DNA from: an uncultured Desulfospira sp.
GTDB lineage: Bacteria; Desulfobacterota; Desulfobacteria; Desulfobacterales; Desulfobacteraceae
DNA: 64,000 nt
Reading direction: 5' to 3'
Assembly: GCA_963663165.1 (NCBI GenBank)
Contig: OY760175.1
Coordinates: forward strand, 6,432,001 to 6,496,000
The translations under genes were made by a program, and so were the position numbers. Shown here piece by piece: positions 49,953 to 59,212 of the stretch; the stretch's first letter is position 1; each line of letters begins with the position of its first letter. Under the pieces are notes generated by a model that saw only the letters and a program-made list of their open reading frames with translations, was not told where the DNA came from and searched no databases.

Positions 49953-51134
49953 ATGTATATCCCCAGGCTATTAACCCCATTTTTTAAAAGGATTACGGAG
50001 CAGTTTCCGGCAGTCCTGATTACAGGTCCCCGGCAGTCAGGCAAGTCTACCCTTTTGCTGGAGGAAATGAAAAATTGTCCTTATGTCGCCTTTGATGATC
50101 CGTTGAACAGGGAATTCGCCCTGAAAGATCCCAATGCATTTCTGGACCAGTTTGATCAGGCCACTGTAATTTTGGATGAAATCCAGTATGTTCCTGAATT
50201 GCTACAGTATATAAAGATCCGGATTGACAGGCATAAAAAGGCCGGGAACTGGATTATGACCGGATCCCAGCAGTTTCATCTGATGAGAAACGTCAGTGAA
50301 TCACTGGCCGGAAGAATTGCCGTACTTGAACTGGCCCCGTTCTGTTTTCCGGAAATTATCCACCGGCTTTCCCCCTCCCTTGAGGAGATTATCTGGACCG
50401 GGCTTTTCCCTGATCCTGCCTGCACCCCTGGGAAACGCGAGATTTGGCTTAGATCTTACATACAAACTTATATTGAAAGAGATGTCCGGCAGCTTGAGGC
50501 GGTTAAAAATTTCAGGGCCTTTGAATTGTTTGTGAATCTTTCAGCTGCCTTTCATTCCCAGGAATTTCATCCGGCAAGACTGGCCAGGGAATGCGGCGTC
50601 AGCCAGCCGACAATCAAATCCTGGTGCCATTTACTTGAGACATCGTATATCGCGGTCACCCTGCCGCCGTTTTATAAAAATTTTGGAAAAAGATTAATTA
50701 AAACCCCCAAATTTTATTTTCTGGATCCGGCCCTTGTCTGCTACCTGACCCGGCAGCCATCCCGGGAAGCGGCACTCTCAGGCAGCATGGGCGGCAGCCT
50801 TTTCGAAGGATTGATGGTTGCAGAAGCGGTTAAATATTTTTTCAATTCAGGGAAAAAACCGCCGGTGTATTTCTGGAGATCCGCAGGGGGGCTGGAGGTT
50901 GATTTGATCATCGAATCAACTGGCAAGCTTTGGCCTGTCGAGATAAAACTGACAGCCACCCCGACGGCCAAACATGCCGATCCCTTAAACCAATTTAAAA
51001 AACTTGCCGGCAGCCAGGCCGCGGATAAAGGATGCATTGTCTGCCGGACAAAAGAATCCCGGCAGCTTCCCGGAAATAATGTGGCGCTGCCATGGCAGGA
51101 GTTTCATCAGTACCTGGCATCCATAACCGCATAG
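49953..51134 (+). CDS. AAA_14 ATPase with C-terminal DUF4143 domain
   Basis: GPRQSGKST, ILDEIQ, TGSQ, ESLAGR, TYIERD, KTPKFYFLD, EVDLI...EIK. Confidence 0.92.
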   Translation: MYIPRLLTPFFKRITEQFPAVLITGPRQSGKSTLLLEEMKNCPYVAFDDPLNREFALKDPNAFLDQFDQATVILDEIQYVPELLQYIKIRIDRHKKAGNWIMTGSQQFHLMRNVSESLAGRIAVLELAPFCFPEIIHRLSPSLEEIIWTGLFPDPACTPGKREIWLRSYIQTYIERDVRQLEAVKNFRAFELFVNLSAAFHSQEFHPARLARECGVSQPTIKSWCHLLETSYIAVTLPPFYKNFGKRLIKTPKFYFLDPALVCYLTRQPSREAALSGSMGGSLFEGLMVAEAVKYFFNSGKKPPVYFWRSAGGLEVDLIIESTGKLWPVEIKLTATPTAKHADPLNQFKKLAGSQAADKGCIVCRTKESRQLPGNNVALPWQEFHQYLASITA

Positions 51135-51153
51135 CAGCACGGTTGCCGTTTTA

Positions 51154-52326
51154 TCAGCCAGCCTCATCCATGGCCCGTTTAAATCCGTCAAAAGATCCTT
51201 TAATAGTCTGCTCGGGCACGGCATAACAGAGCCTGAAATAGCCGGGCCCGCCGAACCCTGTGCCGGGAACGGCCAGGATATTCTGTTTTTTCAGAATGTT
51301 GATAAATTCAATGTCGTTTTCTATGGGGCTTTTGGGGAACAGGTAAAAGGCCCCTTCGGGGATATTGAATTCATACCCGGCAGCGGTGAGTCCCTCCATA
51401 AAGATATCCCGCCGTTTGCGGTAAATACCAATATCCACCGTAACGCCCTGAAGGCGTCCTGCCAGATGCTGGAACAGGGCCGGAGAATTGACCACCATCA
51501 TGCTGTTGATGGCCCCTGCGGCCATGGCCACAAGCTGAGCATCTTCAGCCTTTGGGTTAACGGCCAGGTATCCGATGCGTTCCCCGGCCAGGGACAACTC
51601 CTTGGAATAAGAGGTCAGGACGATGGTATGGTCATAAATCCCGAACATCCACGGCACCTCAATGTCATAGGCGATTTTCCGGTAAGGTTCGTCAGAGATC
51701 AGGTAGATCCGTCTGCCGAATTCTTTGCTTTTCCGGTCCAGAAGCTGCCCTAACAATTCCAGTTCCTGGTTTGAATAGACCACGCCGGTGGGATTGTTCG
51801 GGGAGTTGATCAGCATGACCCTGGTTTTGGGGGTCAGGGCTTTTTCAATGGCCTCAAGGTCCAGATGAAAATCCGGCAGGGAAGGGGCCAGGTTCAGGTT
51901 GGCATCGGAAATAAAGGCATACTGGCTGTACCCCACAAAATAGGGGCTTGGTACCAGGATATCATCTCCAGGATTCACCAGGGCCTTTAAGGTGTCGTTC
52001 AAAGCCCCGGCCGCGCCCACGGTCATGACCACCAGGTCAGGGGTAATGCCGACGCCGGTCTCTTGGTTCAGGTAATCGGCCACGGCCTTGCGCACATGGG
52101 CAAAGCCGGCATTGGGCATATACCCGTGGGTGATGTCCTTGTCGTTGATCAGGTCCAGCAGGGTCTGTTTGACCAGCGGCGGCGGGGGGACGTCCGGGTT
52201 CCCCAGGGAAAAATCAAATACATTATCGGCCCCGAATTTTTCTTTGAGCCGGATACCTTCTTCAAACATCTTCCGGATCATGGAAGCCGCTTCAACAAAG
52301 TTGACCATTTTGTCTGCAATGGGCAT
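51154..52326 (-). CDS. Class I/II PLP-dependent (aspartate-type) aminotransferase
   Basis: DFSLGNP, NSPNNPTG, SDEPY, SYSKELSLAGERIG, GAFYLF. Confidence 0.94.
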   Translation of the reverse strand: MPIADKMVNFVEAASMIRKMFEEGIRLKEKFGADNVFDFSLGNPDVPPPPLVKQTLLDLINDKDITHGYMPNAGFAHVRKAVADYLNQETGVGITPDLVVMTVGAAGALNDTLKALVNPGDDILVPSPYFVGYSQYAFISDANLNLAPSLPDFHLDLEAIEKALTPKTRVMLINSPNNPTGVVYSNQELELLGQLLDRKSKEFGRRIYLISDEPYRKIAYDIEVPWMFGIYDHTIVLTSYSKELSLAGERIGYLAVNPKAEDAQLVAMAAGAINSMMVVNSPALFQHLAGRLQGVTVDIGIYRKRRDIFMEGLTAAGYEFNIPEGAFYLFPKSPIENDIEFINILKKQNILAVPGTGFGGPGYFRLCYAVPEQTIKGSFDGFKRAMDEAG

Positions 52327-52360
52327 GGATTACCTTCCTTATTATAATGGGCTTTAAACT

Positions 52361-52458
52361 TTAGACCTCAGACCTCAGGCTTGGGATTGATGTCCAACTT
52401 GTTTTTTTGTATCCAAAGTCCAATGTCTCAAGTCTCAAGTCCCAGGTCCCAAGTCTCG
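52361..52458. repeat. Degenerate heptamer tandem repeats
   Basis: agacctc x2; gtctcaa/gtcccag/gtcccaa units. Confidence 0.6.
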
Positions 52459-52791
52459 GGGTTACCATATCTCAAAATCTATAAAACCAAAACCGTTTTT
52501 TCATGGCAGAAAGTCGCACCATACTGCCATTCGTTCACTGTCCGCCGCAAGACAGGATAAATACGCCGGCTATGGTTCTTTTTTTATGTGTTTAACACCA
52601 AACCGTTATCTTCGAAATTAAAGTTTTTTTGGGTTTTGTTAGCGCAGATTAAGGATTCTGAGCAAAAATAGCCGGCAAAGAAGCGGTAACCACAAGAAAA
52701 AATGGTTTCTTAAGAACGAATGACAAAATAATAAGCCATAAATTCAATTGGTTATTTCTTTCAAGGCAAAGAGCCTACAGCCTGACAAGAG

Positions 52792-52978
52792 ATCTAATCA
52801 AATTCTAATGGATATATAACATATCTCGGATATAAACATGGGTTAGAATCAAGTTTAACACTGGATTTTTCTAATTCTTTGAAATTATGGGATAATAATT
52901 GATCAAAAAACAAGGAAACAAATCCTCGCCGAAAACTAATTTTTCATTAATTCCCAACTAATATTGGGAGCGTAAAAC
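52792..52978 (+). promoter_or_regulatory. Two triple 11-bp direct-repeat arrays (Pho-box-like) upstream of the PEP-CTERM operon
   Basis: CTAAT/CTAAT/ATAAC at 52794/52805/52816 and CTAAT/TTAAT/CTAAT at 52936/52947/52958; weak -10 TAAAAC 10 nt after the last. Confidence 0.5.
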
Positions 52979-52985
52979 AGTATTG

Positions 52986-53135
52986 ATCTTGAAAGAAAAG
53001 CCACACCCCGGGTGACCGGGGGTCGGAAAGCCACGGGTCTTGTTTTAAAAAAAGGGAAAACGGGGACAAACAAAAAAATCAAACCCCCCAACATCCAAAA
53101 CTCAAACAAAACAAGACAGCCGCGCCGCCTCACAA
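52986..53135 (+). ncRNA. c-di-GMP-I (GEMM-I) riboswitch with a long P3 loop
   Basis: GCCACACCCCGG-GTGA-CCGGGGGTCGGAAAGCCACGGGTC...GACAGCCGCGCCGCC fits the GEMM-I pattern (GNRA-capped P2, GGAAAG junction); P3 gtcttgtttt/aaaacaagac. Confidence 0.8.
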
Positions 53136-53178
53136 AAAAAAGTTAGACACAATTTAATTTAGGAGGAAATTTAAGAAA

Positions 53179-53874
53179 ATGAAGAAATTATTTGTAACTT
53201 TTTCGGCGGCTTTCCTGATGCTTTGGGCTGCAGCCGCTGCTTCTGCAGCAAGCTTCGATTATGGTAGTCTTGTTCTAAGCATATACAGCGAAGACACTAC
53301 CACTGAGTATGGCATTGATCTGGGTAGTCTGGATGACTTGATCGCTATGAGTAACGAAACCCTGACGTTTAGTTATAACATTGACACAGATAGTGACTGG
53401 TATGTTGCCCTCTTTTCTAGTACCGGGTCTAACGCATACACTACCACAGTAACTGTCGGAACCACAAGCGCAACTGAGTTAAGCAATTACTGGAGTGTAA
53501 TTTCCAATGCAGCTAACTCCATGACAAAAGTAATGCAATATTACACTGGCCTTGAATTGGACGGTGGGGTGGTTACGGGAAGCACTTCAGACAATAACAG
53601 CTACGCCAAAAATCTGAAAAAGACCTATGGTGGTGTAACGGTTCTCAGTTCTATTGGGGAACTTGATGCCGATTATGTAGACCTTTACCTCTATAATTTC
53701 CTTTACGGTACTGACTACAATACCATTCAGGTAACCGAAAGTGATGCTTTAGCCCTTATTAGGGTATATGCAGACGGTACAGTTGTGATCAACCCTGTGC
53801 CTGTTCCCAGCACAATGATCCTTCTCGGTTCGGGCCTGTTGGGTCTTATTGGAATTAGAAGAAAACACAGCTAA
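53179..53874 (+). CDS. PEP-CTERM-type sorted surface protein
   Basis: Strong SD, signal peptide (ASA), S/T/D/Y-rich body, C-terminal PVPVPSTMILLGSGLLGLIGIRRKHS. Confidence 0.9.
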   Translation: MKKLFVTFSAAFLMLWAAAAASAASFDYGSLVLSIYSEDTTTEYGIDLGSLDDLIAMSNETLTFSYNIDTDSDWYVALFSSTGSNAYTTTVTVGTTSATELSNYWSVISNAANSMTKVMQYYTGLELDGGVVTGSTSDNNSYAKNLKKTYGGVTVLSSIGELDADYVDLYLYNFLYGTDYNTIQVTESDALALIRVYADGTVVINPVPVPSTMILLGSGLLGLIGIRRKHS

Positions 53875-53902
53875 CTAAAAAAGTAAAATAAAGGAAAAGA
53901 AC

Positions 53903-55297
53903 ATGTTTAAGAAAATCGTTAAGGGGCTGGTAGTTGGTGGCGCCGGGCTTATCCTGGCCACTTCCGCAGTGCAGGCGGAACAATATGAAATTAATATTTA
54001 CGGGGCATCTGCCCAGTACAAATTCTGGACGGAAGCAGCCCCCTTATTCTTGATTAATCAAGGATGTGATGCCAGCGACGTTTACCATGCTGTAGATGAA
54101 GATCAGTACTCCCGCGATGCCGGTATCGCTTTTTGCGCCGGTTCCGACGCCATTGCCGGATATGAAGGAGAAGGCTTGGGCGGAGAAGGAGATTCTCTTA
54201 TTATCCGGTATACCACCAATGCTTCATATGACGGTATCCGTGCTGTTACAGGCGATACTCAGGAAAATGCCGACGCACAGTATTGTTCTGAATATACCCA
54301 CCGTTACATGCCGGTAGCTGATGATGAGACGGCTAACTACAAACAGTATTCCGCTGCGGACCCTGATCCGGGTGAAGGCCTTGGGGCTTTTGCTTGTTAT
54401 GATGTAAATGTTGGTGCTTCTGATGTTGCCGCTGAAACGTTCAACCAGGAATCCGAAGGATATGCACTTGGATACATACCCAATGATGACGGCTCCTATA
54501 CAACCATGTCTTCAAGTATTAAATACCCGGATTTCCTGAATGATCCCGATATCGACGATAAAGTTGAAGCCAATCAGATGGTCGTTGTTCCGTTTGGTTT
54601 TTATGCCAACAATGGTGGATATCTGGACAGCAACAACGAGCTTCAGACTGACAGCGAAAAGGCGGTTCCTTTTGATAACCTGAGCCGCCTGATGGCCGTT
54701 TCACTGTTTTCTGGCCAGGTGGCCAACTGGGATGACTTTGATCCCGCCCTTGACAGCCAGCAGGTGGTACTTTGTCTGCGTCATGCAGGTTCCGGCACTC
54801 ATGCCACCCTGGATGCTGCTGTAATGCGCGGAGATGCCAATCTGGTAACTGCTCAGGCTGACCCCAGCACTATAATTCCAGTTGCTTTAGGGTATCTGCC
54901 CCAGGTTTGGTTCAACAAAGGATCTTCAGATGAATTAAGATGTGTTGGTAAAAGACTTGGTGCGGTGGGATATGCTGATGCTGATAAATGCACGACCAGC
55001 TGCCAGGCGGGTACCAAATACGGTAAAGTAAAAGCCCTGACATATCAGGGTGTAGCACCGACTGCCACTACCATTAAAAATGGTCAGTATCTGTTCTGGG
55101 CTTCCCAGTATCTGTATGTTGGGGAAGACGACGACGATACCAAAGATTACATTGATGCAATGATCACCTGGGCTGCGGACGGTGCCAACATGGCATCTAA
55201 AAAAGCAGGTTACTGGGCTGCTAAAGACGATATGATGTGGACCAAAAGTGATGATTATGCCTACCCGATAAAAACCGGAGATTACGTGGCAGAATAA
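53903..55297 (+). CDS. Secreted PstS/DING-like phosphate-binding-fold protein
   Basis: Signal peptide (VQA); IYGASA, VGASDV, RHAGSGT, GAVGYA correspond to PstS motifs; 8 Cys; acidic. Confidence 0.7.
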   Translation: MFKKIVKGLVVGGAGLILATSAVQAEQYEINIYGASAQYKFWTEAAPLFLINQGCDASDVYHAVDEDQYSRDAGIAFCAGSDAIAGYEGEGLGGEGDSLIIRYTTNASYDGIRAVTGDTQENADAQYCSEYTHRYMPVADDETANYKQYSAADPDPGEGLGAFACYDVNVGASDVAAETFNQESEGYALGYIPNDDGSYTTMSSSIKYPDFLNDPDIDDKVEANQMVVVPFGFYANNGGYLDSNNELQTDSEKAVPFDNLSRLMAVSLFSGQVANWDDFDPALDSQQVVLCLRHAGSGTHATLDAAVMRGDANLVTAQADPSTIIPVALGYLPQVWFNKGSSDELRCVGKRLGAVGYADADKCTTSCQAGTKYGKVKALTYQGVAPTATTIKNGQYLFWASQYLYVGEDDDDTKDYIDAMITWAADGANMASKKAGYWAAKDDMMWTKSDDYAYPIKTGDYVAE

Positions 55298-55337
55298 AAC
55301 TAAAAACAGCGTGTGCATAGTGTATTGAATGCACGCA

Positions 55338-55371
55338 AGGCGGGCCTGCATAGACAGGCCCGCCTTTTTTT
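55338..55371 (+). terminator. Intrinsic terminator inside the operon
   Basis: aggcgggcctg-N6-caggcccgcct followed by a T-tract. Confidence 0.88.
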
Positions 55372-55495
55372 GAATAACCGTCTAACTTATTCCTAATATA
55401 AAGATGTTATATGAAGTGTTTTAACAGGGTTCCGGTGTTGTTTTACTTTAATTTATTTGAAACATATTGAGTCGGTTTTTTTAGGAAAAGTGGTA

Positions 55496-56356
55496 ATGCG
55501 TATGATCAGAAATAGAGTATCTGCGGCATGGGCTGCGATAATTTTTGTTTTGTTGTTGTCAGGGTGTATCAGTTCTCAAGGAGAGAAACCCATTCACGGT
55601 CCTAAAGTGGAGAAAGGAGAATGGGTGAAAGTAAACTATACGTGCAGTGCAAAAGGACAAGGCGTTTTCGAAACTACGGACTCCAATGTCATAAATGATT
55701 TAGACATAAAAAAATCCAGGGTCTTTTCCCCACTGGCTGATCCTAAGCCGGTAAATATTCTGGCCGGTATGGATCAGCCTGGACAGCCGCCGTGGAAACT
55801 TAAAGATATGACACCTGAGATACGTAACAAACTCGCTCTGACTTTGGTGGGCCGTAATTATGGAAGCACGTATGAAACGGTGATTGAATCCGTTGTACCG
55901 GAAGGTATGGAGGACAATAACCGGTATCGGTTTGTAAAAAAAACCCGACGGGTTCCTAGAGTACGGAAGATACCAATAAATGATTATCTGGCCGGACACG
56001 GGAAAATACCTGTGGTAGGGGAAAAATTATATGACAAGGCTGGAAGCGATTCTTTACAAAATCCTTTTGCTACCGTAGTCGCAGTAGACAACAATGATGT
56101 CAGCATAGAGCTAATTGCAGGGAATGGAAATAGATCAGATTTGCCATGGGGAACATTAAAAACTGTTGATAAAGGGGATAAAAACACAGTGACTGTCGTG
56201 TTGGAATCTGAAGTCGGGTTGTTGGTCAGGACAGGACCAGTTGTGGGCAGGGTAGTGGAGATTAATGATAAAACCGTTAAGATTGATTATGGTCACCCGT
56301 TTGCCGGGGAAATTCTAGAGTGCCATGTCGACATACTGGATAAGGAAACAGACTGA
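55496..56356 (+). CDS. SlyD/FKBP-like lipoprotein
   Basis: Lipobox LLSGC; VKVNYT...VFETT; IDYGHPFAGEIL. Confidence 0.75.
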   Translation: MRMIRNRVSAAWAAIIFVLLLSGCISSQGEKPIHGPKVEKGEWVKVNYTCSAKGQGVFETTDSNVINDLDIKKSRVFSPLADPKPVNILAGMDQPGQPPWKLKDMTPEIRNKLALTLVGRNYGSTYETVIESVVPEGMEDNNRYRFVKKTRRVPRVRKIPINDYLAGHGKIPVVGEKLYDKAGSDSLQNPFATVVAVDNNDVSIELIAGNGNRSDLPWGTLKTVDKGDKNTVTVVLESEVGLLVRTGPVVGRVVEINDKTVKIDYGHPFAGEILECHVDILDKETD

Positions 56357-57579
56357 TGAAACAATGGGTTTATATATTGGTCGTGCTATCCTGTTTTATG
56401 TCGGCCTGTATCTCTACAAAAACAGAGGTCTGCTCAGAGAATAAAGCGCAAATATCTACATCGGAAGAGATCTCCAGTCCTTCTGAAATGGCGGCAGACC
56501 GGAAAGCCGAATTTTCTAAGCGGATCAAAGAGGCGGTCGAAAAGGCACAACAGCAGGGGGCGACAAAGGTAGACATTTACCTTGATGAGGACCCTGATAT
56601 TGTGCAGATAAACGATGTTGTCACCTTACGATATCAGGCTGTCTTAGATACCGGCGCTACCTTGTCGTCAAGCAGTCAGACCCAGATTGTTGCCGGTCGC
56701 CCGGAATCTGTCCCCGGCATCGGCACGGCCGTGCTGGGCATGGGATTTGAGAAAAAAAAGGTCCGGATTAAACCTGGTGAGGCCTTTGGGGAATGGCAAA
56801 AAGACAGGGAGAAACATCTGCCCCGGGTCCAGGCCATACCGGTCCATGTGGAAATAAGCACATCCGCGTTTAAAGAGAAATTTAACAAAAATCCTGAAAC
56901 AGGAGAGCGCATCAGGCTGAATCCATATTTTGAATCTGAAGTGACTGAGATAACCAATGATAAAATTCAGATTAATAATCTGGCCATGGACGGATATAGA
57001 GATAAGGCTTCCTTTGGCGAAACTATGATTACTGTAAAAGACGGGACAATTTTTCTACAGTTGACCCCAGTCATTGGCGCCGAGTTCCCCTTGGGCAAAC
57101 AGAAGGGGAGGATTTCATCCTATGGAGGCAACACTTTTATAGTCGACCTGAACCACCCTTTGGCCGGACATGCTCTTGATCTGAATATCGAAGTGACCTC
57201 TATTGTCAAAGCCTCTGATGCGGCCAAAAGACAAATCCCCTGGATCACCGATTATGATACCGGAATGGAACAGGCTATGGCCCAGGAAAAAGACATGGTT
57301 TTGGTTCTTTACGCATCCTGGTGCCCCTGGTGCAAAAAGCTGTTAACCCAGACCTTTGAGGACCCCAGGATAAGGCTGCTCAATGATAAGTTTGTTTTTG
57401 TTAAAGCCAATTCCGAAGAAAATACGGACTTAAAAGAGGTCTATGAGCAGGATGGGTTTCCCCTAACGGTATTAACTGATCCCGGGGGCCGGGTGATCAG
57501 AAAATTTGAAGGTTTTAAAAACGCCCCTCAGCTTTTATCGGAACTTGAAGCGCTTCTAAAATCTAACTCTCGCAGCTGA
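56356..57579 (+). CDS. SlyD/FKBP-like lipoprotein fused to a thioredoxin domain
   Basis: Lipobox FMSAC; IKPGEAFG, VDLNHPLAG; YASWCPWCK, GFPLT. Confidence 0.82.
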   Translation: MKQWVYILVVLSCFMSACISTKTEVCSENKAQISTSEEISSPSEMAADRKAEFSKRIKEAVEKAQQQGATKVDIYLDEDPDIVQINDVVTLRYQAVLDTGATLSSSSQTQIVAGRPESVPGIGTAVLGMGFEKKKVRIKPGEAFGEWQKDREKHLPRVQAIPVHVEISTSAFKEKFNKNPETGERIRLNPYFESEVTEITNDKIQINNLAMDGYRDKASFGETMITVKDGTIFLQLTPVIGAEFPLGKQKGRISSYGGNTFIVDLNHPLAGHALDLNIEVTSIVKASDAAKRQIPWITDYDTGMEQAMAQEKDMVLVLYASWCPWCKKLLTQTFEDPRIRLLNDKFVFVKANSEENTDLKEVYEQDGFPLTVLTDPGGRVIRKFEGFKNAPQLLSELEALLKSNSRS

Positions 57580-57595
57580 TAAGCCTGACAACGCC

Positions 57596-59179
57596 ATGCA
57601 CCGGGAAAAACATTATTTGATGAAATATATTCACCTTCTGTTATTGGTCTGGATTTTTTACCTTTTTCCATTCTTAAGCCATGGGGCGGAGCCTGAACCG
57701 GCGGCAGAGGATAAGGTTACTTTTGCTATCTATTCTTACGATATTAAAGGAAACACCCTGTTGGACAGTGGCACTTTAATTGAGGTTCTGAGTGAATTTA
57801 CCGGGTTTGGAAAAACAGCTCAGGATGTGGAGTGGGCCAGGGACGCCCTGGAAGCGGCTTACCATGAAACGGGTTTCCCCACTGTTTTGGTCAACATTCC
57901 AGAGCAAACCGTGGAAGACGGCAAGGTGGTACTTGAAGTGATTGAAAGCCGGATCAAACGGGTCCTGGTAACCGGGAACAAGTATTATACCATGGAACGA
58001 ATCAGAAGCGAACTGCCCAGTGTACAGCCCGGGAAAGTGCTTTACCTGCCAAAGGTCAGAGAAGACCTTGCCCGGCTGAATAGCAGCCCGGACTTAAAAG
58101 TCGGCATGGTATTGATCCCCGGCCGGGAGCTTGGGTTTATCAATGTCGAACTCAAGGTTGAAGACAACCTGCCCCTCCACGGCAGTCTGGAGCTGAACAA
58201 CCGGTGTACCCATACCACTACAGACCTGCGGTTAAACGGGGCGATTCATTTCGACAACATATGGCAGAAAAGCCATTCCCTTAATGCCCAGTTTCAGGTC
58301 TCTCCCGAAGATACCGAGGAAGTTCTTTTGTTTACCGGCTCCTATGCCCTGCCCATGCCCTGGAGCCAGAATCACATGCTCATTGGGTATTATGTGAATT
58401 CAGACAGTGATACCGCTACCGGCGAAGGCCTCTCGGTCATGGGCAAAGGGCAGGTGATCGGACTGCGGTACATGGTGATGCTGCCGGGCACCCCCGCATA
58501 CTCCCAGAATGTGATTATAGGCCTGGACTGGAAAGATTTTGAAGAAGAGATAGAAGGGGTAATTACCCCCATCGAATATATGCCGGTATCCTTTGGATAT
58601 GCCGGCACCCTGTCGGATTCAGGCGGGACCACCCAGTTTTCCGCCGGGCTTAACATGCTGTTCCGCCATAATGCCTTCAGCGGTATGGAAGAGTTTACCA
58701 ATAAGAGGGAAGGGGCTACGGGAAACTATATTTATCTGACTGCCGGTATGGAACGGCGTCAAAAGCTGCCCAAAAATTTTTCCCTGTTTGCGAAGTTGGA
58801 CGGTCAGGTGGCAGACCAGCCCCTGGTTAACAACGAGCAATTTTCCGTGGGGGGGGTGAATTCGGTCCGGGGGTATATGGAAAGTGAACTGCTCGGAGAT
58901 TATGCCATTCATTCGACCGTGGAGTTTTTTGGTCCATCACTGATGAAGAACCATTTTATAATGCCCTATCTGTTTTACGATTGTGCCTGGATCGGAACCA
59001 GGGAACCTCTGGACGGGGAGTATGGCCAGACCTTTATCCATGGTGCCGGTATTGGTATCCATGGCGAATGGAAAAAAATAATTGAGTTTAAACTGGATTG
59101 GGGAATGGCTCTCAAAGATACCGATGATACCAAGCAAGGCGACCAACAAGTCCATTTTAAGGTCTCTATAAAGTTTTAA
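57596..59179 (+). CDS. TpsB (ShlB/FhaC-family) outer-membrane transporter
   Basis: POTRA-like YDIKGNTLL...GFPTVLVNIPEQ; GGVNSVRGY; terminal F. Confidence 0.92.
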   Translation: MHREKHYLMKYIHLLLLVWIFYLFPFLSHGAEPEPAAEDKVTFAIYSYDIKGNTLLDSGTLIEVLSEFTGFGKTAQDVEWARDALEAAYHETGFPTVLVNIPEQTVEDGKVVLEVIESRIKRVLVTGNKYYTMERIRSELPSVQPGKVLYLPKVREDLARLNSSPDLKVGMVLIPGRELGFINVELKVEDNLPLHGSLELNNRCTHTTTDLRLNGAIHFDNIWQKSHSLNAQFQVSPEDTEEVLLFTGSYALPMPWSQNHMLIGYYVNSDSDTATGEGLSVMGKGQVIGLRYMVMLPGTPAYSQNVIIGLDWKDFEEEIEGVITPIEYMPVSFGYAGTLSDSGGTTQFSAGLNMLFRHNAFSGMEEFTNKREGATGNYIYLTAGMERRQKLPKNFSLFAKLDGQVADQPLVNNEQFSVGGVNSVRGYMESELLGDYAIHSTVEFFGPSLMKNHFIMPYLFYDCAWIGTREPLDGEYGQTFIHGAGIGIHGEWKKIIEFKLDWGMALKDTDDTKQGDQQVHFKVSIKF

Positions 59180-59212
59180 GATAACGAAGCTGGCGTAAAA
59201 GGAACAGGACCC

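Noticed and set aside
52936..53133. 65-aa hydrophobic minus-strand ORF
   Set aside because: Antisense to the A-rich riboswitch; hydrophobicity is a composition artefact.
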